DNA of 63,571 nt, counting the filler, from Stramenopiles sp. TOSAG23-6 (Eukaryota), in the NCBI GenBank assembly GCA_900128565.1. It is 29 parts of 29 records of this genome, joined end to end, with 100 filler letters (N's around TTAATTAATTAA, not from the genome) between each part and the next. Parts side by side here need not be neighbours in the genome. Positions count along the whole stretch, not along the records: positions 11,033 to 13,136 come from LT638302.1; positions 13,237 to 15,340 come from LT638303.1; positions 15,441 to 17,544 come from LT638304.1; positions 17,645 to 19,748 come from LT638305.1; positions 19,849 to 21,951 come from LT638306.1; positions 22,052 to 24,152 come from LT638307.1; 23 more parts are not named here. One strand, written 5' to 3'. Positions 12,746 through 24,251 of this stretch are shown here, piece by piece. A program made the position numbers and the translations under genes. Positions within the stretch are counted from its first letter, which is position 1. Each line of letters opens with the position of its first letter. The notes below the pieces were generated by a model that was given only the letters and a program-made list of their open reading frames with translations, had not been told where the DNA came from and made no database searches.

Positions 12746-13136
12746 TTAATTACCAAACCAGCCACCGAACCAACCTTCTTTTTCACTCGATGTTTCTTTC
12801 TTTTCAGCTGCATTTCGATTGGCTTGTTTCATCATAGTATATTCTTTAGCATCATCTTTATCCACTTCTTTTTGAGTTTGATGAATACTATCTACATAAG
12901 CACCATGACTGATATAGTTAAATGCTAAATCAAAGAGTAAAGGTTTGCATGGCACAGGTTCACATTTTGGAGGAACACTAGCAATCATAAATGGTGGTAA
13001 TGTTGAAATATCACCTCCATCATATTTATCCAAACGTTCTTCCAAATATTCAAGAGACAAATCTTCTTTGTTAGGTACAGAATTTGGTACGGATTCAGTA
13101 TCATTTTGTTGTTGTTCATTGTCTACCAAAGTTTTC
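12746..13136 (-). CDS. SRP68: Signal recognition particle subunit SRP68, C-terminus
   Basis: PPKCEPVPCKPLLFDLAFNYI and terminal GWFGGWFG. Confidence 0.8.
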
Positions 13137-13291
13137 NNNNNNNNNNNNNNNNNNNNNNNNNNNNNNNNNNNNNNNNNNNNTTAATTAATTAANNNNNNNN
13201 NNNNNNNNNNNNNNNNNNNNNNNNNNNNNNNNNNNNCATACGAAATTTCGTACCTAACGATTTTTTTTTGAAATATTTTTTCACAATACTT

Positions 13292-14224
13292 GTTTTGGAG
13301 GAATTTTGCTTTCTTTGATATCTGCTATAATTTTGTATGGCTTCTCTCTTGCCCCCGAATTGTACGTTGTCCACTTTAATTTCAAATTGATATTTTTTCG
13401 TACAAAATTTCGTACTTGACAATTTTTTTTGAAACGTCTTATCTTTTTGTACGCTTTTGTCCACTTTAATTTCATTTTTTTTGTTTTTTTTACTATGAAA
13501 ATTTTATACCTAACGATTTTTTTCAAATCAAAAAAAAATATTCTTTCACAATCTTTGTGTTCAACCAATAATATCAGAACTGTTGATTATTTTGAACAAA
13601 TGAGGTTGCTCCATTCGAATATGTTTGGAGTTTGTGAACATGGTCATTACATAATACAAATGTATGTTTGATATGAATTTCTAATTTGTTTTTTCCATAC
13701 GAAATTTCGTACCTAACGATTTTTTTACTAAAAAAATATTTTTTCATAAACCATATTTTTTGATTGTTTGCCACGATTGACACTTCTTCAATATGTTTTG
13801 ATTGACATTGCCACGGCAGTGGCAGGTGTTTTTGGTGACTTATTTCAATCAATGCTTAAAAGAGCTGCAGGTGTAAAGGATTCAGGAAAATGTACGTTTT
13901 CATTTTTTTTTTTCATACGAAATTTTGTACCTAAAATGTTTTTTTCATACGATTTCTTTTTTTAAATTTTTTATTATAAGAAACTCAACAAATTTCAAAC
14001 GTAAAACATATTTTTCACAATACTTTAATTCCTGGCCATGGAGGTCTTTTAGATCGTCTTGATTCTCTTTTACCCGCCGCTATTGTATTATATTCATGTA
14101 TGTTTTATTTTTTTTCAATTTTTTTCAAAAAAATTTTTTCAAAAAAATTTGTACCTAACAAATTTTCAAATTTTTTTTTGAAATATTTTTCCAAAATACA
14201 TGTATGATGTATGTAAAAACATAA
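13292..14224 (+). CDS. Phosphatidate cytidylyltransferase (CDP-diacylglycerol synthase), C-terminal exons
   Basis: The spliced product contains [33 protein letters not shown]. Introns 13362-13556, 13662-13754, 13892-14025 and 14098-14201. Confidence 0.9.
13362..13556 (+). mobile_element. Introner-like intron, GT...TT (two partial tandem units)
   Basis: gaa tt|GTACGT...CACAATCTTT|g tgt is in frame. TT is repeated at both junctions. Confidence 0.7.
13892..14025 (+). mobile_element. Introner-like intron, GT...TT, inside the cytidylyltransferase signature
   Basis: Only this excision (or its 2-nt shifted equivalent) gives [11 protein letters not shown]. The upstream AG gives TAA, and the downstream AG removes IPGHG. 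Confidence 0.88.
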
Positions 14225-14377
14225 AAACATACATAAACAATAGTATGAATTCATTTCATACATTACAAAAAAGTGCACAAATAGTTGCGGATGGAGAATT
14301 TGCAAGATCATGTATGTTTTATTTATTATATAAATACAAAAAGTTCGCATAATTTCATTCTTTTTATAATTTATTAT

Positions 14378-15287
14378 TTAAAATGGTACTGCTTGGTACA
14401 ATGTAGCAGCCCCTTTACGACAACGAGGACAAGTATCTGATAAAGAAACATCCTTTAACCAATCTCTTATTTCGAGTAATTCAGATGTATTGTGAAAAAA
14501 AAATTTAGTTAAAAAAATCGTTAGGTACGAAATTTCGTATGAAAACCAAAAAAAAAAATAAATTAGAAATTCATATCAAACGTACATCTTCCGAGACGAA
14601 TAATTTCATCACGTTGATATGATGCAGCCAATATAATACGAGATACAGCCCATTGAGCTGCTAGACGAACTGAAGCGTCCTGATGAAAGCGTACCACGAG
14701 CACTACTTGAAGCATAGCACGTGCCATGTATTTTGGAAAAATATAACAAAAAAAATAATAAAATTTGTTAGGTACAACATTTCGTACGAAACAAAAATCG
14801 ATTTTTTTGTTAAAAAAAAAAATAAAACATACATTCGGGCAGTTTGAGGCCCTCTACGGGAAAGTTCTACAAACGTGCTAACTGCTCGAAGTAAATTGCA
14901 AAGAACAAGGCTATCTGCACCAAGCAAATCGAGACGGGGCATTGTCAACGGTTGATCATGTCTTTTGGAAAAATATTTCACAAAAAAAAAATCGTTAGGT
15001 ACAAAATTTCGTACGAAAAAAAAATCGAATTTGAAAAAAAAAAAAAAACATACATATTTCTGTAACAGTGGAAAAAAAAATGAACCTGCAACATTTGCAA
15101 ATTGATTTGGTTTTGATATTTTTACTTTTCTTCTTCCTGAACCCCACCGTCGTGTCTTTTCATTTTTTTTTGATATTGTTTTTGATATGCTTTCTATTCT
15201 TTGTCTGTCATTCCCAATCGTACCCTCTGATGAAATGTCCACAGTATCTACGCTATCAACAGCACCCTCTGGTAACCAACATTGACC
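14378..15287 (-). CDS. TELO2: Telomere length regulation protein TEL2 homologue, C-terminal exons
   Basis: NQFANVAGSFFFPLLQKY|DQPL...DLLGADSLVL...TAR-M-ARAMLQVVLVVRFHQDASVR...S-ELLEIRDWLKDV resembles the TELO2 C-terminus. Introns 14958-15053, 14726-14832 and 14485-14585. Confidence 0.82.
14726..14832 (-). mobile_element. Introner-like intron, GT...AT
   Basis: cga at|GTATGT...CCAAAATACAT|g gca is in frame. The next two AGs are phase 1 while the donor is phase 2, so using them frameshifts. Confidence 0.88.
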
Positions 15288-15440
15288 ATGTATTTTGGAA
15301 AAATATTTCAAAAAAAAAAAAACTAAAATTTGTTAGGTACNNNNNNNNNNNNNNNNNNNNNNNNNNNNNNNNNNNNNNNNNNNNTTAATTAATTAANNNN
15401 NNNNNNNNNNNNNNNNNNNNNNNNNNNNNNNNNNNNNNNN

Positions 15441-16632
15441 AAGAAGGCTCCGAAGAAACGAAAGGCTAAAAAGCAAGTGGTTAGTATCAGTAGTGATGAT
15501 GAAGCATATGCTCCCGTTGATGAGTCCTCCTCCCCCACGAAAAAGAAATCCTCGAAAAAGTCAAAAAAGACAAAGACTTCTACGTCTTCATCATGTGCTC
15601 AGCCAAAGAAGAAATCTAAAAAAAGTTCAAAATCTACAAAAACAACAAAATCTATTAGTTCAAGTCAAACAATGGAATTACCCGACTTCGCGTCTGCTCC
15701 AGCTCCTTCGAAAAAAAAGTCTGGATATGCATTTTACAAAAGGTCTGGTGGCTCTGCTCCACCTCCAATGGCCGGCCAAAAGCCGAAACCGAAACCTAGA
15801 GATGGTTGTTTTGTCAAAGAAAATGGAAAGGGAATGTCATTTGTTATAACAGGTGTCCAAGAATCGTTAGAACGTGGAGCTGTAGAGGCTTTAATCAAAG
15901 CATGTGGTGGATTAGTCAAGTCAGGTGTAAGTGGAGTTACGGATTATCTCTTGGCAGGGGTGGTACTTGAAGATGGTCGACAAACATGTGAAAGCTCAAA
16001 GTATAGAAAGGCGAGTGGTAAGTTTGCTAAAACGTGTAAGATCATTTCAGAAACTGAATTGTTCAAATTAATTGATCCCAAATATGATCCTGAAGGCGCA
16101 GTGGAAGACGACTATGTTCCACCAGATCCAAATGCAATAAAAGATGAAAAGAAGAAAAACACACAACCAAAAAAGAAGCGAAAAACAAAAAAATCTACTA
16201 AGGAAAATGATTTTGAAAAGAATAACAAGAAAAGAAAAATTCCACAGCTTGTTGAAGACAATGAAGAAAATATGAAAAAAAAGAAAAAAAAAACACCACC
16301 AAAAAAGAAGCGAAAAACTCAAAACAAAAAGTCAACCAAAAAATTATCACAAGATGTCAGTATAGCAATGTATGTTTTATTTTTTTTTAAATTCGAATTT
16401 GTTTTCGTACGAAATATCGTACCTAACGATTTTCTTTTGAAATATTTTTCCAAAATACATAGGAGCTTTAAAAGATGCTCAGAAAAGTCTGTTTGCAACG
16501 CGACACAAGGAATTGATGCGCCTTACTGCAGTTGTTTTGGTGGGTATGTGCAAAGATATTGGAGCTAGTGTCGAGAAGGCAAAGAAATCTATTCTTTGTG
16601 ATAGAATTATCCACGCCGAAAATGATTTTTAA
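15441..16632 (+). CDS. BRCT-domain protein (RFC1-like BRCT) with a probable C-terminal SAP-like motif
   Basis: GMSFVITGVQESLERGAVEALIKACGG...VSGVTDYLLAG (BRCT). After intron 16370-16460: LMRLTAVVLVGMCKDIGASVEKAKKSILCDRI, TAA. Confidence 0.65.
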
Positions 16633-16777
16633 TAGATCCATAATCAAATTTGTGTTTTTTTGTACAAGAAAATCTTTTTCTTTCAATTGCAGAGAATTTC
16701 CAAATATAAATAAGCCTAAAAAATATTCTTTAAAGTTTATTCTAAAATAGTTGCATAGATATGTGTTTGGATAGCAA

Positions 16778-17493
16778 TTATTGAAACGCAGACTCATTGT
16801 TCCTTTTTTTCTCTTTTTCTTTTCGACGTTTTTTAATTTTTTTTAGGCGCTGTTGTTTTTCATGTTTCTTTTTCATAATATTATTAAATTTCATTTGTCC
16901 TTCAACAACGGCAAGATTTTTGGCAGCTCTAAGAGTATCTGGGTGAGATTCACCCCAGAGTTTCAGTCGTGCTGAAAATGCGTCTTGAAAATATTTCCTT
17001 GCTTCATCAAGTCTATTACTTTGAAAGCATGCATTTGCTAATTGCTCCATTGCCCCTACTGGATCATATGGATCTCGTACATCTAGACCATATAAATTTC
17101 CAATTTTGAGACATTTTGTAAATTCAGAGACAGCAGCATCCTTTTCATCTCTTAATAAATAAATATGCCCTAGGAGCTCTCTTTCCCTTGCCACATCGAC
17201 GCTATTTTCCCCAAGAATTTGAGTCGTCAAAAAAACTGCTTGAGAAGCTGAATCGCAAGCAAGATCAAATAAAGGTGGTTGCAAAGCAATTGCATTAATG
17301 GCGGTATTTCGTAGCACATTGACCAAATCTAAAATTGAACACTCATACACACCTCCACCATTAGTAGGACGCTTGGATAGTTTCCCTGATACATGTAATT
17401 TAGTAAGTATTCCCAACGCACGTTTAAAGTTTGATGCCGCATCCTCATATTCCTTGAGCAAATAATAGACTTTTCCTAAATTATTAAGAGAGG
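16778..17493 (-). CDS. TPR-repeat protein (kinesin light chain-like repeats), last exon
   Basis: SLNNLGKVYY...AASNFKRAL and LWGESHPDTLRAAKNLA. The exon follows a family acceptor ...AATACAT. Confidence 0.75.
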
Positions 17494-17644
17494 ATGTATT
17501 TTGGAAAAATATTTGAAAAAAAAATCGTTAGGTACAAAATTTCGNNNNNNNNNNNNNNNNNNNNNNNNNNNNNNNNNNNNNNNNNNNNTTAATTAATTAA
17601 NNNNNNNNNNNNNNNNNNNNNNNNNNNNNNNNNNNNNNNNNNNN

Positions 17645-18293
17645 TGTCAAAATTTTTGCAAATATTTTACAGGAAATGATTGACAATGGAATGAATCCTA
17701 GTTGGAAGATTTGGCATAAATATTCTTCAATACTAACTTATTCTGGTCGACTCAGTGAAGCTCGTGAAGTTCTTTCAGGTTATACAGACAGTGATATAAT
17801 GGGTATTGATGAAGAAGTAAATGATTCAAACAAGTTAGTTAGTACAACACCATCATCAATTTTACATCGGGATGAGCATATGTCATATGGAGATGCTTGT
17901 GTTCGTGTGGTAGAACAAGCAACTTNNNNNNNNNNNNNNNNNNNNNNNNNNNNNNNNNNNNNNNNNNNNNNNNNNNNNNNNNNNNNNNNNNNNNNNNNNN
18001 NNNNNNAAAAATTGAAGATTTTGATAAGTCTCGAATAGAACTTAATTTTCCTCTAATGGAAATGTACAAAATTATTGCTTACTCGAAACAATCTCCGCCT
18101 GAATGGGAAACTATTTTACATACTTGGGGAAATCTGTATCATTCAACAGCGGGCTCTGATCTATTAAAATTTATCGCTCACCAACCTAGTAAACGTGACC
18201 AGTTTAAAGAGCTTTTCATTTGTGGTGATGCTCGAAAAGATAATGATAATAATAATAAAGTACGAATATTACATACATGGAATTATGAATTGC
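17645..18293 (+). CDS. Possible PPR-like helical repeat protein fragment (gapped)
   Basis: LQEMIDNGMNPS...SGRLSEAREVL resembles a PPR motif. Large N gaps. Confidence 0.35.
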
Positions 18294-19451
18294 NNNNNNN
18301 NNNNNNNNNNNNNNNNNNNNNNNNNNNNNNNNNNNNNNNNNNNNNNNNNNNNNNNNNNNNNNNNNNNNNNNNNNNNNNNNNNNNNNNNNNNNNNNNNNNN
18401 NNNNNNNNNNNNNNNNNNNNNNNNNNNNNNNNNNNNNNNNNNNNNNNNNNNNNNNNNNNNNNNNNNNNNNNNNATAATCTAGGTTTGGATATTAAATCGA
18501 ATCGAAAGAACACTCAGAAAAGTGAGTTAAATTCACGTTCAATTGTGAACAGTGATACGTCTAGTCAATTTAGTAAAGTATCTTCAACACAAGCAGAGAA
18601 TTTATTGAATGCGAGAAAAGCCCTTGCAAATTTTGTGTTGAATGATTTTAGTTCAGCGGAATTTTTTAATGTAAACAATAGTTCAAGTATCAATATAAAT
18701 CCGCAAAACAATAGTTCAAGTATCAATATAAATCCACAAAACAAGAATCTTCTTATGGATGATATATCCTCACTTCGTTCTGAAGTGAACGATCTCCGCC
18801 ACCGTACATCAAAAATGAATCAACGAACAACATACTGAAAATCCATCGCCTTCTACTACTGTCTCGAGAATGACTACAAGACTGAGTAAGTTGGCTACAG
18901 TATTGAAGGAAAATGAAGAACGGAAGGGCAACGTTTCTGTCAGTATTAATGCAGATACCCCAAAGTCTAAGGAAGAAACAAAACAAGTATCAAAAGACTC
19001 GGGAAATGGACATCATGTGGACTTGTTAGAGAAGTTGAAAAAATGAATTTTCAGCTATTGTTAATAACTTTACCTAATGTTGTATAAAGTATAATTCAAT
19101 GTCTTTCAAAATCATTACTAAATTTACTAGATANNNNNNNNNNNNNNNNNNNNNNNNNNNNNNNNNNNNNNNNNNNNNNAAATCATTATTAAATTTACTA
19201 GATAAAATTTTTAATCAACTACCTACCCTTTTCTTCAAATGAACCAGAATCATCTACTACTACACGATGTACATCAGAGTCTTTGTCCCTATTGAATGTA
19301 GCAACACTCTCTAATGATATATTTTGTTCTGTCAAGTCTGAAGATTCTTTATCAGACATTGTACCATGAAATTTCTCTCGTTCCTCTTTTGTCATAACAT
19401 TCACTGGTGAAGAAAGATTACCACCAAAGAGTTCACTAAGTTGATCTACAC

Positions 19452-19748
19452 CTATTTCCTCTTGTAATAATGGGATCCAATCTTTTTACAATTTACGCAA
19501 TATAATATACCAAGACGTTCAGGGTAATGGTCACTGTCAATATCTGCCATTCTTCTAACAAATCTAATTGCTTTCTTTGTCCAAATACGTATGCTCCAAC
19601 CTTTTGCATCAATTACAAAACAAAACTTTTGTACAGGTCTCTCTAATTTTTCAGTCTGGGTTTTCAATATTGAACACAACTTTTCGTTCTGTGAAATATG
19701 CCATTTACCCAAACCTTCCACAGTTGCCCCTAATCCACATAAAGTGTC
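19452..19748 (-). CDS. CRAL-TRIO (Sec14-like) lipid-binding domain fragment
   Basis: FVIDAKGW...DSDHYPERLGILYCVN. Confidence 0.75.
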   Translation of the reverse strand, partial: DTLCGLGATVEGLGKWHISQNEKLCSILKTQTEKLERPVQKFCFVIDAKGWSIRIWTKKAIRFVRRMADIDSDHYPERLGILYCVNCKKIGSHYYKRK

Positions 19749-19848
19749 NNNNNNNNNNNNNNNNNNNNNNNNNNNNNNNNNNNNNNNNNNNNTTAATTAA
19801 TTAANNNNNNNNNNNNNNNNNNNNNNNNNNNNNNNNNNNNNNNNNNNN

Positions 19849-21079
19849 AATAATTTATTTTCCTTATACCAAATTCTGAAAAAAAAGTAGCCCCCTCCAA
19901 TCAAACCTATGCCCATGATACATAAAATGATTATCCGCATAACCTGCCCAAAAGTACCTGAAGTATTTGACTCAAAGATACTACTATTTAAATCTACATC
20001 AAATCCTGGAATTCCTGCAGCAATCCAAGACATATTCATCATTACAAAGAATGGACACAAATATAATATTATATACGAAGTTTTGTATGAAAGAAGACAT
20101 CTATTTGGAATGTAGTAACATGAATAACCTTCTATACGAGCAGGAAATGTTTTCATGGCGTCACTATCAATGATAGCAAATANNNNNNNNNNNNNNNNNN
20201 NNNNNNNNNNNNNNNNNNNNNNNNNNNNNNNNNNNNNNNNNNNNNNNNNNNNNNNNNNNNNNNNNNNNNNNNNNNNNNNNNNNNNTCAATGATATCAAAT
20301 ATTGTGTTGGTTGAGAAATAATAAATAATCATTGTGAATGGTATTAAAATACTAAAATTTCCTAAAGTATCCACTATATCTTTCTTAGAACTTCCACTAG
20401 GTGATTGTATCATATTTAAGTAAAAACAATTAAATATAACTGGTTGTACAACTAATAAAAATAATGGAACTTTCATTATATTTTCTGGTATAAGTATACT
20501 CAGTGAAAATAGAAGAAAGCTTAGTATAAGAAGAATCTTTTGATAAATAAAACCATAACATCTACTACTAGATACTGATTCAATCTTATATGACTTGTAA
20601 AAAGAATGCTTCATTGTTAATGATGTAACACCACCGTCTCCTTTGGTACCCTGAAAATATGGGACTGTTCCCACAAGACTAAGATTCGCACATCCACCAA
20701 AACGTGATATTTTCCCTGAATGTATAGCAGCACGACATATACGACTTTTCCCATGGTAGCCATCCATATTATTACCCCATACTTTCAAAGAGTCGTCAGG
20801 CCATGCACATCGACCAGGGCATTGAAACACCATTGAGCCGTCCTTAAAGGGTGTGCATTCATATCCATTTAGTCCACAAGAATCTTCGTCAGCCCACATC
20901 CAACTCCGACAAGATATTCGTACTGGATCTCCCAGTTTTGTTGAACCACCGTCACTGTACACCCACATCATACTAAATAGAACTACAAATGTGATACAAT
21001 AAAAAAATATAGTGTTAAGACCAACACTATTTCTTTTATAGTACGTTTTCAAGTATTGTGTCCATTTTTGATATTGCAA
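19849..21079 (-). CDS. LCCL-domain multi-pass membrane protein (gapped, frameshifted)
   Basis: CGLNGYECTPF...CPGRC...YHGKSRICRAAIHSG, followed by hydrophobic helices. Confidence 0.7.
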
Positions 21080-21322
21080 CTGGATGCCTTCCTAATCTCA
21101 ACACTTCAAAATCTCAGAATACAACAGATTATACAGAAGCTACCTGACTTATCTTTTGTTGAGAATCTCGAAAATCAAAAGATGGCCAAAAGGACCAAAA
21201 GATGACTGAGTTATAGTATTAAATTTTCGAAAAAAATTTACTAAATGTTTTTTTTTTATTCAACAAAAAAGTTGAAAAAGAATGAAAATAAATTGACAAA
21301 ATTTAATAACAAAAACTTTTTA

Positions 21323-21951
21323 TTACACTGGATAATTACCTGGATAAGGAGGACGGGTTGTATTCGGTGGCCAAGAGGGAGGCATTTGTAACGGAGCACC
21401 ACCATTATGTGGTGGTAGTGAATATCCTGTACGAATCATTTTATTTGGTGGTTGTTGCTGTAAATATCCAATAGAATCTGATGGATGTGGACGTCGGGTC
21501 CCTAGTGGAACATGATTCGTCCCAGTGACAGATCTTGCAATGTGCATAGAATTTTGCTGTCCACCTCCAGCTGCATTTTTCATTGGGCATTGTTGTATCC
21601 AATGCCCTTTGATGTTACAAATCTTGCAGGTATATGAATCAGGTGGTGGCCTGTGTTGAATATCTCCAATAGCTGAGTTACCTACTGTACCATTCAATGG
21701 ACAATTTTGTCGCCAATGACCAGGTTTCCCACAACCATGACAAATATAACCTGGTCCAGGGAGTCCATCAGTTGAAGTAGAATTACCAACAGCAGGACCA
21801 CTTGCGTCATTCATTGGACAGTTTTGTCGCCAATGACCAGGTTGTTTACACTGATGACAAATATAGCCTTCAGGAGGTATTCCTTGAGAAGGACAATCAG
21901 ATACATAATGTCCTGGAATATTACACTTCTTACAAATATAGCCCGAGGGTG
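21323..21951 (-). CDS. Protein with four CCHC zinc knuckles and a Pro-rich tail
   Basis: Four Y(I/T)CxxCxxxGHxxxxCP motifs in one frame. Confidence 0.8.
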
Positions 21952-22109
21952 NNNNNNNNNNNNNNNNNNNNNNNNNNNNNNNNNNNNNNNNNNNNTTAAT
22001 TAATTAANNNNNNNNNNNNNNNNNNNNNNNNNNNNNNNNNNNNNNNNNNNNTAGGTACAAAATTTCGTACGAAAAATAAATTCGAAATTGAAAAAAAAAT
22101 AAAACAAAC

Positions 22110-24079
22110 TGGTTTTTCGTACAGAACCTTCATAAGATGCTGCTTCATAGCTTTCACAATTAATAGAGGACGAATTGGTAGGTAAACTACAATATAACAC
22201 TCTATCGCAATATGAAGGTGTACGTTTCTCTACATAACTTTCAGATGTATTTTGAAAAAATATTTCAAAAAAATCGTTAGGTACAAAATTTCGTACGAAA
22301 ACAAATTCGAATTTGAAAAAAAAATAAAACATACATGGTCTTTGTGGTAGTTTATCTTGTTTACGTTTTTGAAGTTTAGCCTCAAGTGCCTGGAATGCAG
22401 CAAATGCAGCAGCTTCCATCGATGACCAGGCTGCAGCAAATGTATTGTGAAAACCTATTTGAAATTTGAAATTCGTTAGATACAAAAATTGGCACGAAAT
22501 TATTTTTATGAAATTCATCATATAAAAGCACAAGCAATTTCAGCTGCTATACCAGTTGCTATGCATGCACGACGTTCCGGTGAGGGCATTCCAGTCGCTT
22601 CATTACTTCTTCTAATGTCCTTACTTAATGCGCTTATATTCCGAAACGACATTGAGTCAGCTTGTTGGGCTCGAACTGCATGTGAAACTTCACCTCCCCC
22701 AAAATTTGGATTCTTTTCGTTCTTTTCGCTCTTTTTTCGTTTCAGTTTGAACGTTGGAGGAAAATTTATAGGTGATTCTTTAAACCCCTGTAAACAGTTA
22801 CCCGCGCGCATTTCTGACAAAAGTTCATCCGCTTCCATGAAACATGCCCAACTCCCTGAAGTTTTGCTAGACCCACCACATCGATCCACCATACTACGCA
22901 CTGCTGCTCTGTGAGCGACGTGAACGAAATGTGATCTTTCATCATGAGATGGCCAAGCCATAGCTTTTGAGTCAAAATCACTCATATTTACACTTTTTGA
23001 TATTACATCGCTATCTTCCTGTACCCCTCTGTAATTAGAAAATGATGGACATGCATTTTGGAAAAATATTTCAAAAAAATCTAAAAAAATATTTTGTTAG
23101 GTACAAAATTTCGTATGAAAAAAAAAATTCGATTTTTTTGTAAAAAAAAAAAAATAAAACATACATGGAGGAATGTAATCATTATTAGTGTCATTAACGG
23201 TAGATCCTTGTGAGAAACGTCTTTTTCTACTACAAAGTGACAGATCGATTCTGTAGTTCAGATCTCCAAAATAAAAAACATGTTCAAATTGAAACTGAAG
23301 TTGAATAATTTCGTCAATTTTTGAATTCGGTGTAATATCAGAAACTGTCGAAAGCAAAGGCCATTTTAATGTTGCAGCGACAGAATCTTTTAGCGTTGTA
23401 GCAACAGAATTGATAACCGTTCCAGCTGCTGAATTTGCCGCAGAAATCCAAGATCCATCATCTTTTTCATGATTCGAACTCGATTCATTACTATTATATG
23501 TATTTCTTCTAGATGAACTGTTCAATATATTTTGCAATTTATCTGAATTCGCGGGAGACTCTTTTTCATTTGGAATAGTAGTATTCATTGAAACTTCAAA
23601 GCTTCTTTTACTATGAGAAGAATGTGAAACTTTTCTTTTTTTTGCTCTTTTTTCGTGATATGTATTTTGGAAAAATATTTCAAAATTTACTATAAAAAAA
23701 ATATTTGTTAGGTACAAAATTTCATGTAAAAAACAATTCAATTTCAAATTTAAAAAAAAAAATAAAACATACATTTGCATCTATGAAAATGTAATAATTT
23801 CATAGCAGTGGTAAAAACTTCTTCTGTTTGTTTGTTTCTATCTTTGCATCTGCCTTCATGTGCAGCCAAGTGAACATTTATTAAACAAATCGATGGAAAA
23901 TGTATTTTTCGTGTGGTTCTTTTTATATTTTGTCTATTTTTTTTACTATTTGATATATCTTCTTCTTTTCTATTCTGTGCATAATTTTTATTATTTTTAG
24001 AGCAATTAAGAGGTTTCTGAGAACACAAATCATCTTCTGTTTCGTATACAGTTAATTCTCTAAATCGCAATGTAGCAAC
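22110..24079 (-). CDS. Inositol polyphosphate 5-phosphatase fragment
   Basis: INVHLAAHEG, VFYFGDLNYRI, FKESPINFPPTFK and RTPSYCDRVLY are joined in frame by introns 23660-23772, 23051-23164, 22440-22531 and 22245-22334, all ending in AT. Confidence 0.88.
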
Positions 24080-24251
24080 ATATAGTGTGAAAAATATTTT
24101 TTTTTTTTTTTTTAAAATTGTTAGGTACAAAATTTACTACGAAAAAAAAAAANNNNNNNNNNNNNNNNNNNNNNNNNNNNNNNNNNNNNNNNNNNNTTAA
24201 TTAATTAANNNNNNNNNNNNNNNNNNNNNNNNNNNNNNNNNNNNNNNNNNN

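Noticed and set aside
16368-16458. Classical U12-type AT-AC introns
   Set aside because: The 5' sequence is ATGTAT rather than ATATCCT, the branch is not TCCTTAAC, many copies are preceded by TT, GT, GC or AC, and AG-ending relatives support the GT register. A shifted register cannot be fully excluded for AT/AT copies without lariat data.
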